63,943 nucleotides of DNA, filler included, from Phoronis australis (GCA_002633005.1; 11 parts of 11 records of this genome joined end to end with filler, not necessarily neighbours in it); one strand, 5' to 3'; shown: positions 12,835 to 25,212, counted from the first letter of the whole stretch. Made by a program: numbers and translations. Notes: generated from the sequence alone by a model not told the origin.

Positions 12835-12930
12835 CTCGCGCTTAACGGATTGACTTCCATAAATAACCACTGTAAGGTCTCGCGTGTCATTCACGATGTA
12901 GGTCACCACCGCTATCTTGACTTTGCAAAC
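12835..12930 (-). pseudogene. DEAH11/12-like upstream exon fragment (KH-like)
   Basis: TYIVNDTRDLTVVIYGSQSVKRE|gtaag splices in phase 0 to the 11413 exon; resembles DEAH12 TYILFDR..L.VRIFGS. Bounded upstream by TAA. Confidence 0.6.
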
Positions 12931-12956
12931 TTATGTGATAAGAAGCCATGTCAAAC

Positions 12957-13519
12957 CTTTTCCAACCCTTTCTTTTTGTCACTTCCAATAACTGTGAACC
13001 CACAATCCTTGACTAGTCCTTCCTCTCCATCCGAAGTCTCTTCGTCACCAGCTTCATCATCACTCAACTCCTCTCCAACAGATGTCGACACTGGCAGTGG
13101 TGATGAGTCACTAGTAACAGGGAGTACATCAACACCATGATGAGAGTTTTTATGTGGGAAGGGTTGTCCAACTTCAGGAGAATCTTTTTTCTGTTTCTTT
13201 TTCTGCTCGATTTGCTGTCGCCTGCATCGACACTGCTCTCCTCCACAGCAACGGTGCTGACAATTTTCTCTTATTGCGTCCTTTTGTTCTTGATTTAGGA
13301 TCATTGTTGTCATCAACAATCCTTTCAGTGTGAGACAGTCTTTGCTGTAACAGCTGCTCCCTCTCTTGAGTAGACTCTACACTCTCCTCCTTCAGTTGCT
13401 GTTTTGTTGCATCAATCTATTGTTTCTTTAACTGTGCTCGCTGTTTGAGTTTTTCCAGCACAGATTTGAACCTCTGCTCAGTAGGGGCACAGACATCATC
13501 ATCATCATCTGTAGTGAAT
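12957..13519 (-). pseudogene. Charged low-complexity exon resembling the DDX51 N-terminus, with a stop and frameshift(s)
   Basis: tttttag acceptor; FTTDDDDD..RFKSVLEKLKQRAQLKKQ* at the start and GFTVIGSDKKKGLEK|gt at the end recall DDX51 'LLERLQSRA' and 'F.VLG....KV'; TAG at 13417-13419. Confidence 0.42.
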
Positions 13520-14728
13520 CTAAAAACAAGAATGCATAATGAAAGGTGGAATTGTTATAAAATGTGAAAAGAGTAATCACAGCAACATCTCGACAATATC
13601 TCAAACCGGCACAAACATGATATAAAAATGAGGTATCAATCATAATTAGCAAGGTTAAGGAAAATCTTTCAGCATAGTGCATTAAGGTGTGCCAGCACCA
13701 AAAAAGCTTCCACCATAAAGAGGCCAGATTGGATGGTCACCATGTCCAAACTTGCTAACTCAGCTCAGACTAGGATCTTAACGACTCAGTCAGATGCAGA
13801 GGAATGATGTGAATTGGCAATTTCAGGAAAGACAAACAGTCAGATAATGCCTGGCCTATGTAAAGCGCTCACTTGTGGGCAATCACTCTTTGTCCAAAGG
13901 TTGCATTTCCCAATGCTCAACACCCCCATCACTCGTGCGTGGAACATCAGAGCTTAATTTTCTCAATCCTTTGCTGCTCTCTACTAAAATCAATAACCTC
14001 AATCGAAGGACCAGAAAAGAAGCATAGTCAGGGTTGCCATTTATGTACATGGGGATCATGTGATGATGAGATTGCCAACTTAGTGAGACTTACAGCAGAT
14101 GGCACAGCAGATGGAAAGCAAGAAGTAACACCAGGTATGCTTAGGCTAAGCTAGGCAATGACCATCGCCTCTGTTGGCCCGAAGCAGAGGCGATGTAGAG
14201 GCTATAGGCGCTCTGTACGCCGGAAGCTTTCCGGCGAATTATGCCTCGCACCGACTAAACCATCAAAGTCACGTTGTTACAAATACCTTTTGCGCATAGA
14301 GGAACACCTTAGGAGGTTGCCGATGTGTTTAATTCCTTCCAACTCGAACAAATACTCCCGTTATGAAACTTTTTCTTCGAGCAGTCCCTATTTCAGTTCC
14401 CAAAATCGNNNNNNNNNNNNNNNNNNNNNNNNNNNNNNNNNNNNNNNNNNNNTTAATTAATTAANNNNNNNNNNNNNNNNNNNNNNNNNNNNNNNNNNNN
14501 NNNNNNNNGTCTCGGACTCATCGGCTTCCCGGGTAAGTAGCGCAAAATAGTTTTTATTACTACGCAGAAAGGGAATTGATCAACATTCATGTATTTGGAA
14601 ACAACTTTGACGCGGAGAGAAATGAATGAGAATGAGACGAATCGTTGTTTACGCTTTTTGGTAAATGATTACGATTTTGTTATAAAATTTCACGACTTCA
14701 ATTTCATTAATTTTTGTTTGTTTTGAAG

Positions 14729-14848
14729 GAAACAAAACATGTGGTCATGGCATGTTTAAATGTCCTAAAAGTCATTGCATCGACGACAGCCTTGTTTGTA
14801 ACGGAGAACACGATTGTATAAAGACAGGATATGACGAAAACGAATGTA
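14729..14848 (+). CDS. LDL-receptor class A exon of a GRL101/RXFP-type LGR
   Basis: Phase 1-1, 120 bp; NKTCGHGMFKCPKSHCIDDSLVCNGEHDCIKTGYDENEC (six Cys, acidic motif). Confidence 0.88.
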
Positions 14849-15624
14849 GTAAGTATTCAAGCGTGTGGATGACTTCAGATAAATGATTTCCGTTTGTAAA
14901 CGTTTTTCCTGTTCCAATTGGCAACACGATTTATTGCTGCACTCCTTCATGAGTTGTTAAATCTAAAATTATTAACAGTACGATACCAGTGAAATCTTCA
15001 AGGGGACGAGTTTGTCGAATGAAACTATATACATCCATTTTTAAGATACAACAGGTTGGAAATGTAAGATCTTTTCAAGTTCATGTTATCGTAGGAACCA
15101 GCACGTGCAAATTTATTGAATTCGTTGTAAACTATGTTCCCGGGTCAAACACGACTTTTCAGAGAAGTACTTGCTCTTTCAAAGCAACTTCATCGTATTC
15201 TTAATATCCTTTGCTGAAATATTGAAATTGGTTCTTTTCATGTCAACCGTTTTTTGCTCTAACCGTAGCAAATTTTGTAAAAAAAACATAGCAAACCATT
15301 GCACTGACGAAAACGAGTTAATATATCATCAAATGTCAAAATGCATTGCATGTACCTACTTACCTATTCAAGGCTCTTACATCAAGTAACTGTGAGTATT
15401 GTTATGCTCCTTGGTAAATCCTTTGGCCCTGTCGAGCAAGGCTCATGATATGAGATTATTTCGACAAAACAGATTGCGAGTAAAAACCAAAGCGTAGGTT
15501 TGAAAACTTTTAAACGAACATCGGCAAAATGCGAAAAAATACTTAGCATTTTGACGCTAAGCCGTAGCACTACAGAAACAGGAAGAATATGTAGTTTTAA
15601 CCTCAAATGATAATTCCTTTTCAG

Positions 15625-15742
15625 GCGCTTCGTGTCCGTATTTAAGTGATCAGTGCGAGTGTTACAATAATGTTATGAACTGCTCATCTAGAGCTCTTCA
15701 AGACGTTCCATATTTGGGGAATGACAGATATATCCGAATACT
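15625..15742 (+). CDS. LRR N-terminal cap exon, same gene
   Basis: Phase 1-2; ASCPYLSDQCECYNNVMNCSSRALQDVPYLGNDRYIRIL. Confidence 0.85.
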
Positions 15743-16016
15743 GTGAGTAGAATAGTACACACCTCGTATCACACACTGCGATTGCTGGTCAAATAGAGAC
15801 TAACCTGAAATGATGTACAAATATTTTTGAGAGATCATAAGTAGAAAAGGTAATTCCATAGTGTATTTGAAAATGGGGAATCAACAGTACATCCACAACT
15901 GAGCGATGTTCTTGCGAAATAAAGATTTGTTTAAAAAACATGGTCAGCTCGACTCTAAGTTAAATGGTTTTTAAACGCATTTATCTCCGTAACAGATGTT
16001 AATCAATTACTTGCAG

Positions 16017-16088
16017 TGACTTGAGTTCCAATGCCATCGATTCGATAAAGAACAACAGCTTTGCGAGTTTAAGGGATCTCCTTGTGTT
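16017..16088 (+). CDS. Single-LRR exon, same gene
   Basis: 72 bp, phase 2-2; DLSSNAIDSIKNNSFASLRDLLVL, typical LGR exon structure. Confidence 0.88.
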
Positions 16089-16189
16089 GTGAGTATGATG
16101 ACTTTTTAGGCTGTTATGTTACTGAGTAGGAGCGTTCATGGATTCGTCAGTGTATAATATTGCTGAAATGGCGTTATAACACTGAACAT

Positions 16190-16346
16190 CACGGGCGGGG
16201 CAGCACTGAAAAAAGTGTGTGTGGGGGCAGGGGGGCTAAATCCCCCCCAGCCCCCTGTGGTGCACCGCCAATACACCATGGGCGGCGCAGCACTGAAAAA
16301 GTTGGGAAGCTGTAGCCCCCCAGCCCCTTATGGTGCGCCGCCCATG
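16190..16346. mobile_element. Tandem pair of tiny GC-rich MITE units
   Basis: Second unit has a perfect 13-bp TIR catgggcggcgca/tgcgccgcccatg (16277-16346); aacat flanks both ends of the composite. Confidence 0.55.
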
Positions 16347-18137
16347 AACATAAAATGACAATGTACAAATGCAGACGCTACAGGAAGCTATATCTGAATT
16401 GGAAACGTGTGAGTTCCACAAGGAAATTAGTTTTTGTAGGAATTAAGACTTTCATACTCTTTGATTCATGAACTGTCAGAAGTGTTTGAATGATCGTTGC
16501 TCCTATATGTGTATTGTTTTGGAGGCGGCTCCAAAATATTTAATGAATTATGGAAGGAAATCTTCTTTGACATAAAAGATTTTTAAAGGAGGCATTCATA
16601 GTTTACTATTCAGTTGTGAATCAACCACAAGTCATTTATTAAAGGAGACATCAAGGCTTGAAATTACGAAGGTGTCACATGTCTACGATTCAATCTGGGT
16701 CTGACAAATTTATGGAATATTTTTCCCATAACTATGAAAATTTTGACCGCAATAAAAATGGCGGATGCTGCTTCTATGATAGGTTTCTTGCTAATAAAAA
16801 TGCCAGTAATACCACAAGTTTCCGGAGACAGAAAACTCTGATGGTTCCAATATTAGCTAATTCACTAATTCATCTTATCATTGGAACAAATTCTAACTTA
16901 TTATTGGATTCGCCAAATCTACAATGGACTTTTAAAGATCGTTGGATGGGCGCAACTAATTTCCAAAAAAGAACTGGAAAACAAGTCCCAGATATTCACC
17001 AAACATTCGGAATATAAAGGCGGTCATACGCCGCGGAACCCGTTTGATTTCAAATTAACTGAGCCGCGTCAAGCTTCGAAATTTTTAAAAATCAATGAGG
17101 ATTCATAGACTTGAAGTCATTTTCCACCTTCAGGCGTTTGCTCAGTCTACTATGTGTAAAGTTATCGACAAGTCTGCGTATTTAGCAAAATGTCTACAAA
17201 ACTATAAATTTTAACCCAGTAAAAGCACTTACTCAAAGTAGAAAGCGTGCAGATTTTTTACTTGAATTGAAGGGACATCGATCGCAGAACAACGGCATCA
17301 ATAACAAGATTAAATTTTGTTTAACATAAACGTCCAAGATGAAATCTCTAAAGCGCTACTACCGATTTCTAAAGTATCTAAATTATTGCTCCTTTCCATT
17401 TTAAATATTTTTGATTTTTTCATTAAAAGTTATAAAAGTCCTATATTCTGACAGTCCCTCGTAGAACAGTGGACAATTTTAAAGACATTTGTAACAGCGT
17501 TTTGGAGAGCAATGCATAATAAAATAGTTTATGTTTTTCATATGAATCGAATCCGCCATTTTTGAGATGTGGTGTTCTGTAGTTTGCCCATTTGGCCATT
17601 TTTCTACGGTTCTGCATAACCTTAACGTCAAGTTCTTCTGTTTTTATCGATCGTCATGAACAATAACAGAAGCGATGATTTGGCCAGTAATGATAATGTC
17701 GCTATTTGAGCGCCAACTAACCCTTTTGACATTATTTCGCCAAGAGTGGCGGAAAATCTTGAGGTTATGTTTTAGAAGTTTAAGGACTAAAACTGAAATC
17801 GCATTTGCTGATCACCGTGGGAGTTTGGTATCTCTGAAATTATCTCTCAGCTGACCCCTCAATAATCTCCGAATTCTTTCAAAAGGCCTCCCTGAGATGG
17901 TGAGCTCGTAAAAATATTGGACAAGACCATCGACCTTGATGCGAATTGAAGAAAGATCTACTAGTTTTTGTCATACGGCCGCTTAAAACAGCTGGTGCGG
18001 AATAGTAAAAATCGTTTGCAGTCGCTTGTAACGGTATTGGAGAAAGTGTAAAGCAAAATCTAGACGATGCAGACTGTGTTGCACCCCCAACTAGCAATTT
18101 TTGGATTTTTGGCATCCATCTTATTTATAGTGAGTTG

Positions 18138-18261
18138 CCAGAATGGTCTTCAGGAAATTCAACAGACGTGTCTCAATCTACTAAAAACTGTACGACACCC
18201 AGAATGGTCTTCAGGAAATTCAACAGACGTGTCTCAATCTACTAAAAACTGTACGACACCC
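18138..18261. repeat. 61-bp tandem duplication
   Basis: ccagaatggtcttcagg...gtacgacac occurs twice. Confidence 0.95.
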
Positions 18262-18684
18262 GCCAATTTAGGTCGACTAACAATGAGTCTATTATACCCC
18301 TTTTGAGAATGTTGGAAAACCTTTCATGTGCTATATATACTGCCGCTAATTTTTGATGTGCCATGTATACTGCCGCTAATTTTTGAGGCTATCGTTCTCG
18401 AAATTGAGTTGAAGATGCTCTATCACGTGAATTTGTGTTTTGTGTGACTGTTTAGTTGAATATAAAGGGATTTCCAGTCACTGTGATGGTTGTGTGACTG
18501 TTTAGTTGAATATAANNNNNNNNNNNNNNNNNNNNNNNNNNNNNNNNNNNNNNNNNNNNTTAATTAATTAANNNNNNNNNNNNNNNNNNNNNNNNNNNNN
18601 NNNNNNNNNNNNNNNGATTGAATTGCGCATGCGTAGCTGTCTGCATGTAAACAGCTGGTAAAAACACAGATTGTCATCAAAATA

Positions 18685-18845
18685 CGGCGTCGCGCAAAGC
18701 CTTATTATTGCTATTTTCCTTGGTGCAAGTCTTCGACAGGTGGTCACAAATTACCAAAAGACTTAGGTTACTACATTCGTGGAGCATTGAGGTCAAAAGG
18801 GTCAACCAACTGACAAAAAGTGTGTGGATGCCGAAGCCCCAGCCT
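18685..18845 (+). pseudogene. Degenerate THAP zinc-finger fragment (DNA transposon relic)
   Basis: YCYFPWCKSSTGGHKLPKD / frameshift / WSIEVKRVNQLTKSVWMPKP; a possible C-terminal piece RKRLKSVA*P lies near 19540. Confidence 0.55.
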
Positions 18846-21026
18846 TTGGGAGACTACATAACTTAACTTGGTAAGTTTTTAGCAATCAAGTTTCTATCGA
18901 CATCGTTCGGTGATGTTATCCTCACCAGTTACCCCCACTGAATAACGGGTTTATTGAATGGAACTAAGTGTTTCTTTTCGGAAACTCACCCAGGACGCGG
19001 ATGCCGGGTAGGCTAGCAGCACATATTCACATATTGTCCTCCAGGGGTGGGAATGCGCCCAATGTAAGAGGTGTATGGTGCGTGACGCTCAGAAGTCAAG
19101 GGTGACTTTTTCACAGCAGTTTCTCTTCAAAGCTATGCTATGTCCAATAAAATTCTCTAGACGAGTGAGTTTACTTATTTTATAGCGGACCCCACCCCCA
19201 GGACTACCAGATGTAGTTACCGAATTAATATGAATAAGCTATTCAGTAAACGTCACTGCATTGCATTGGAATAAAAATTGACACCTAAAATGAATTTTAC
19301 TTGTTGAGGTCAGATGCACATTTTAGGTGTCGCGAAAAATACACATTATTAAATCACTTTTAGCCTGTTTCACATAGTTTAATTTAGATCTTAAATAAGA
19401 CTTGGGTACAAAGATTATTAGTTTCTACATATAAACATGAAGACGAAGCGTCTAGTATGTTCTGCCTTACTAAAGTAGTTTTGTCTTGTGTTTTCTTTTA
19501 TAATTTGCTAATATTTCTCTGACTATTCTGATACAGGTGAGAGAAAACGACTGAAATCAGTCGCCTGACCACCTATTTCACCTTTATACAAAGTGAAAAG
19601 CAATCCTTCAGCAATTACCTGAGAGAAGTGAACCTAATTCAGAAATTCAGCCTTTGATATGCCTGATTATGGACTCCATTGTGTGAGAAAATTACAATTG
19701 TTTTTAACAATGTTGTTTCTTTATATACTTTTCTTGCATGTGGAACTTTTGTTGTGGACAAGTTAACACAAAACTTAAAATTGTTCAAAGGCCTTCTTAA
19801 GAAAGCTCTAAAAATAATTACACACACAAACAAATCAAATGCAAACAAAGGGATTACTTCATTTTGATCGCTGCACATGTCTATAGGTCAACAGGAAAAC
19901 GACAATTCGCAAGCGTAATCGCTAATCATTTCAGCTTTATAAAGAATAAGCACAACTGCACTGTATGGGGCTTTAAAGCTGAGGAAAATCGTGTGGTTTA
20001 CATGTAGGTAATCAGTGACAAACTTGCCTGCTGATGAAAAATTTATTCGATCATCCGTGTAACATTAACGGGCTTTCTACTGACAATAAGACAATAGCTG
20101 CAGTCACTGACTGTCATTTCCCCATAATGTGTACCAAATTGAAAAGTTTTTACCATTAGTATAAAGCCTTTCTTCTGAAAGGAAATGTTAATGTCACTCA
20201 GTGAGAAAGGACAGGTATTTAATACCAGATGCTTTTGGTTTTTATTTCACAGAGATTTAGTTTCAATAGCCTATACAGAAGCGTTTGTAAAAAAGGTCCA
20301 GTTTAGGCACGTGGCTTTCCTCCAGGTAACCTCGTTCAGCCTCAGTTAGATCCTTGAGGGTAAACACAACAGCATATCACTTGACTCGTTTTATGCAAAA
20401 AATCTGACCCTGAACTAGACCAGAGTGTCACTACGTCTTCTTTAGCTTCCTATTCAGCATAATTCTTCCAGGAAAGGAAGTAAGCTATTGTCCACACATG
20501 ACTTATTGCCTATGAAAGGGCATCCTCACCAACGAGGCTGACTTGTATAGCAGTCGGATATAGTTCCTCTTCATACACAAACAACACGTTGTCTTATGGT
20601 AACTTCGTACTGCGATTCACATTTCACCAGGGCCACTGACATGTACATTGTGCCATGCAGCACTAATGGTGTGTGGACATGGTGTGGGAACAGAAAGGAG
20701 TAACAAAGCTTGCTCGTTGTCTCCGATGAAGAAAGTAGGCTTTAAACAGTACACACCATGGATTTTTGCACATTTTGAATTACCGGTGGCCATAGACTAA
20801 ATGTATGACGTCAAATTTAGCTAAACCCATGTTTATTTTGTGTAATTAGCTCGAAATTTTGATTTTTCTTAAACTAAATGTATGACGTAAAATTTAGCTA
20901 AACCCATGTTTATTTTGTGTAATTATCTCGAAATTGTGATTTTTCTTTCAATTTTGCCAATTTTCACATTTCCCGCCATGTGACGTCATGGGTTGAACAC
21001 AAGAGATTAGTGACTAGCATTGAACA

Positions 21027-21555
21027 ATGGCGGAGAGTAGGGAATTTGAAAGCGACGACGATTATGAGCAAAAATTGAACGCATACTATGAAGAAACATA
21101 CAGGAATGGTGGCCAGGATGAGGAAATGGGGTTGCACGAAAGCGAGAATAAGTTTAATGTGCTTCCGGCTGCGTACTTTTCTACTTTGAGCCTTACGAAC
21201 TGGATCCTCCCGCGAGAGAAGCGGCCTCGGACTCGGCGAGTCAACCCAGTCATCCAACAGACGATCCTGAACTAAGAGCTTATGTTTCTGAATGATAAAT
21301 ATTGTCCTTTATTGAACCAGGCCTTCATCGTAACGTTTCTTGTGACTGGAGTCGGAACGCGAGTCCTCAAAGTGGGCAGAACACAGAGTGGCCCCAGACC
21401 GAATTGCTTGGTCCACGATGACGTCAGATACTCTCATTCGGCGCACGAAGCGATGCCACTTCTGTGCAACTTTGGTATCCTTCGGAACACCGAGACGTTC
21501 TCCGCCTAGCTACTGTTGCTGCAGCCTCCGGAAACACATCTTTTGATCCCTCTAC
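21027..21555. mobile_element. Kolobok-like internal-deletion remnant: acidic 'YFEP' ORF stub (+) converging on a THAP stub (-)
   Basis: Plus strand MAESREFESDDDYE../YFEPYELD; minus strand KRCVSGGCSN*..VSVF/PKDTKVAQKWHRFV...LCSAHFEDS. Termini not resolved. Confidence 0.55.
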
Positions 21556-22908
21556 GAACCTTCTCGACGCTAAATGTATTTTGCNNNNNNNNNNNNNNNN
21601 NNNNNNNNNNNNNNNNNNNNNNNNNNNNTTAATTAATTAANNNNNNNNNNNNNNNNNNNNNNNNNNNNNNNNNNNNNNNNNNNNATGTTTCTCAGTGTTG
21701 ACTGTGGACAAAGCAGCTTTTCAGAGTTTGAACAAACTTAACACAAAAGTACTATGAATGTAGGCCTGTATACGAGATGCACTTACTACTTTGACATTAT
21801 TGCTCTGCTTGTACTGCATTGGTCAGTTTCATTCCTTTCTTAGATTGGTGGCCATTCACCAGCTATTTGACTTGTTCTCAAGGTGTTTGTATTAGTTCTT
21901 TAGTATTATGTCTCACCTTCCACTTCTATTTTCGTAAAAATTTGTTATGCCCACAGACAATTTTTGTTATTTCCATAAATGTACTGTGTTTTATATTATT
22001 CCTGTTTCATTTTATTGCAGTTGCTCTGTACACACCCTGGAGACAGTTTGCATGTTCTCATCTTTAATTTGTCATGTTTATTTCAGTCTACGAGCACAGC
22101 TTATCAACATGTTGGTGGAAAGTACCATCCAGGTAACTATAAGAACATGGATGGACAGTCTCTAGCAGGAGTGTTCCTCTACTCACTATGCTTTCTGCTT
22201 CTTCATTTGGAATTTTGTGGATTTCAAAAATTTTCAAATCATTCCCCAACAATTGATGACTGATTATTGGAGGAGGGTGCCGATCTGTTCTGTGTCATGA
22301 TTGGATGGGGGTATTGATCTGTTTTGTGTATGGAGGGAGTAGTTGATATGGAGGTTGATTGTTTATCATGAGATAATGCGATGGAATAGGTTTTTCATTG
22401 CTTTTTGATATGTTGTTCAATAGGTAAATAACGCCTTGACTCACAAGACACACAATGCTTCTCAGTAAGTGACTAGTGAACTTGATGACATGTGTCTGCA
22501 ATAGTTTTGCTTTGTTTGGAGCTCTTCATTTAATGACTTAATTATTGATTCATTGATTGTTTGATTAAATATTCATTTTTGACCTGTTTAATATGGGTAT
22601 TGAGACTGGGCACTGAATGTTATATACATACAGGACTGTGTTCCATATAGCCACGACATTATCTTGCACTTCAGGTGAAAAATCTTCACTCATGGAATGA
22701 AAATGGTGAATTGTATGCCTTAATTCATGAATTTCATCCTCTAATTCTATGCCTTAATTCATGAATTTTGTCCACTAATTCAACAGTCCAACTTCACGAA
22801 TCAATGACTTCGGTGGCCTCCATTTAGCTAGGTATATCGAAATGCTAACGAAACACTTGGCTTTCACTTGTCTGATTTTTGTAATGTTATCGCTTTTCTT
22901 GCAGGAAA

Positions 22909-23082
22909 CTTGGTCTGTGGAACACCACCTGTTTACCAAGTTTATTGTTCTTTCAGCCAAACAATTCATAGACACTTGTGATATTGGTCTGTGGAACACC
23001 ACCTTTTTACCAAGAGTATTCTTTCAGCCAAACAGTTCATAGACACTTGTGCTATTGGTCTGTGGAACACCACCTGTTTACC
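22909..23082. repeat. About 72-75-bp tandem repeat, 2.4 copies
   Basis: ttggtctgtggaacaccacc occurs three times; a related segment lies at 26043-26071. Confidence 0.85.
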
Positions 23083-23269
23083 ACATGTCGGGAACACATC
23101 CACTACCACAAGAAACTATAGGAACACCGCATTTATCCACCTTCACTCTTATCAGGCTTCTATTGTGAGTCAGCATGCATGAACAATTGGCAGATAAGCC
23201 ACCTATGGAACTGCTTTTGGCTGAATGGATGACCAGGCCATAAAATGATAATTAGCCAAGACCAGTTAA

Positions 23270-24936
23270 AGGAGAATGCCACCCGATTTAATTAGTCTTT
23301 TTTGCCATCTTAATCGGTCTATATCCACATCGCCTCGCATGCGGTCGACCTTACCTTGCCAAGAGGTGTCGCGTTAACCTGTGAGGAAAGTGAGAAACGA
23401 CGCTAGTGACGTCAGTGGTTCATATGCAGAGTGAATGCTGCTATGTTGCGGTGCATCGTTCCTGTTTGTCTGAGCGATGAAGCTGCGAGGAAAGCGGGTA
23501 TATCGTTTTTTTTACTTCCTCGAGAGTCCGAAATGCTTAGGAAGTGGCTCATGGCAGTGAAGAATGAAATGTACGCTGTAAATAGCAAGTATGAGGCCGT
23601 GAAACATCTCCGTGTCTGTGGCCTGCAGACGTCGACAGTGCCTGACGAATGCCGGCTTACCAAATAACTCCATACGTTCCGTTGTCTGAGCTTGTTCATG
23701 GCGCCTCTCTAGTATTTCTTCATCACTGTATTCCTGGTCGAATTGATAGCCTGTAAAACTTAACGATCCACCTGCGAAGTCAGGACTGATGAGCTCTAGC
23801 TCGTCCTAAGTCGGGTTTCCCCATTGCCATGTTGGCGTTTATTATTGAGCGTTCTGTTTCAAAATGAATTATTCTCCCCCTAACCAATACTGAAATAAAG
23901 TGTGTCTCATTAGATGCAATTCGTAATGCCTTTGGAGTGTTGTGAGTGCAAATGATTTGAGGAGCCAGCAATGAATAAATCACTGCGTTATCGGCTTTAG
24001 GTGCAATAAAACTAATCGACGGGACACCGAGGCCGTGTGAGTTCATGCTTATTTAGTGTTTGCTGGCAGAAACTGTTGTGAAACAACTCGATTTCCATCC
24101 TACGGCCAGGTGTTAGGGGAATCTTTATTTACATTTACATTACTCAAATAATGATTGTCAATGTACAACTTCTGCCCTGACGGTGCTGTGACCAAAGCGG
24201 AACCTGAATTCGCGGCCCCCGACGAGTAAGTAGATTTGCAGTCTCGTGGCTAATTCACCATAATAATCAGGTGCACATTACTTTGGCTCACTAGTATAGC
24301 ATTTTCTTGACTGGAAGTTTAGTTTCCACTGAAATTTGGCTGGTTTATGTTCGTGATGTCTGATCAGTTTCTGAGCCACTGGCCAGGATAATGAGTCAAT
24401 CCGGCTGGCCGCGACAGGCCTGATCGGGCTCCGAGCCATGGGCCAGGTGAACAAGCGTTTTGTGTTTAGAACTCAAAAAATCACAAGTCTAAACAACACA
24501 GATATTGGTTCTTCTGTCTGTATCTCACGGAAAATACTTCGAAATTATCTCTGAACAGACCCCAAACTCCTGCTATGGACCTTATTGGCCTGCCGAACTT
24601 TGTAGGCTACGGTGTGTCCAAATATCAATAAATCCGTAAGAGCGAAATAAAACAACACGTTTTTATAAGAACTCTGTGTATTTTTAAGGGTTTTGCATCG
24701 AAGTTTGATGATTTTTTTGGTGTTAAACAATGACATCAAGCGATAAGCTGACACCAGTAACCCGTGTTGTGAACTGCTGATCAGACTGCGTGTGAAACCG
24801 ATGACATCATTGGATAATTTCAACACCTCCGTCTGCCGTCAGGTGTCCGGTAACGCAACCGTATGTGTCGTTATGGAGTAGAACTACTCGATCTAAATTG
24901 ATACAAATTAGGTTGTTTTTTGGGTGGCATGCTGCT
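23270..24936 (+). mobile_element. Complete non-autonomous Kolobok-like DNA transposon
   Basis: TTAA on both sides (23266-69, 24937-40); 15-bp TIR aggagaatgccaccc / gggtggcatgctgct (13/15); THAP stub MLRCIVPVC..ISFFLLP..KWL..LRVC at 23443-23630; opposing GYQFDQEYSDEE stub. Confidence 0.8.
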
Positions 24937-25212
24937 TTAAATAAAGCTGCATGGAATAGTTTATACCTTCATGGCAATTTTGAAAGGGGCATATTTTGTT
25001 AGCCTTTCGCTAAAAGTGTTCTAAAACCTTGGTTTACCGACCTCTGATTTTCTGGATAATGCCAACATTAAAATTCAAATTTGCAACATTTTCATTTCCG
25101 CCATCATTATGCTATGGAAACCAGCAAAAATTGGCAACAATCCATACAAGCAACAAAGAATATGTCGTAGCATCACCTAGCCTTGGTGGAAAGCTGTATA
25201 CTGTATTGGCTC

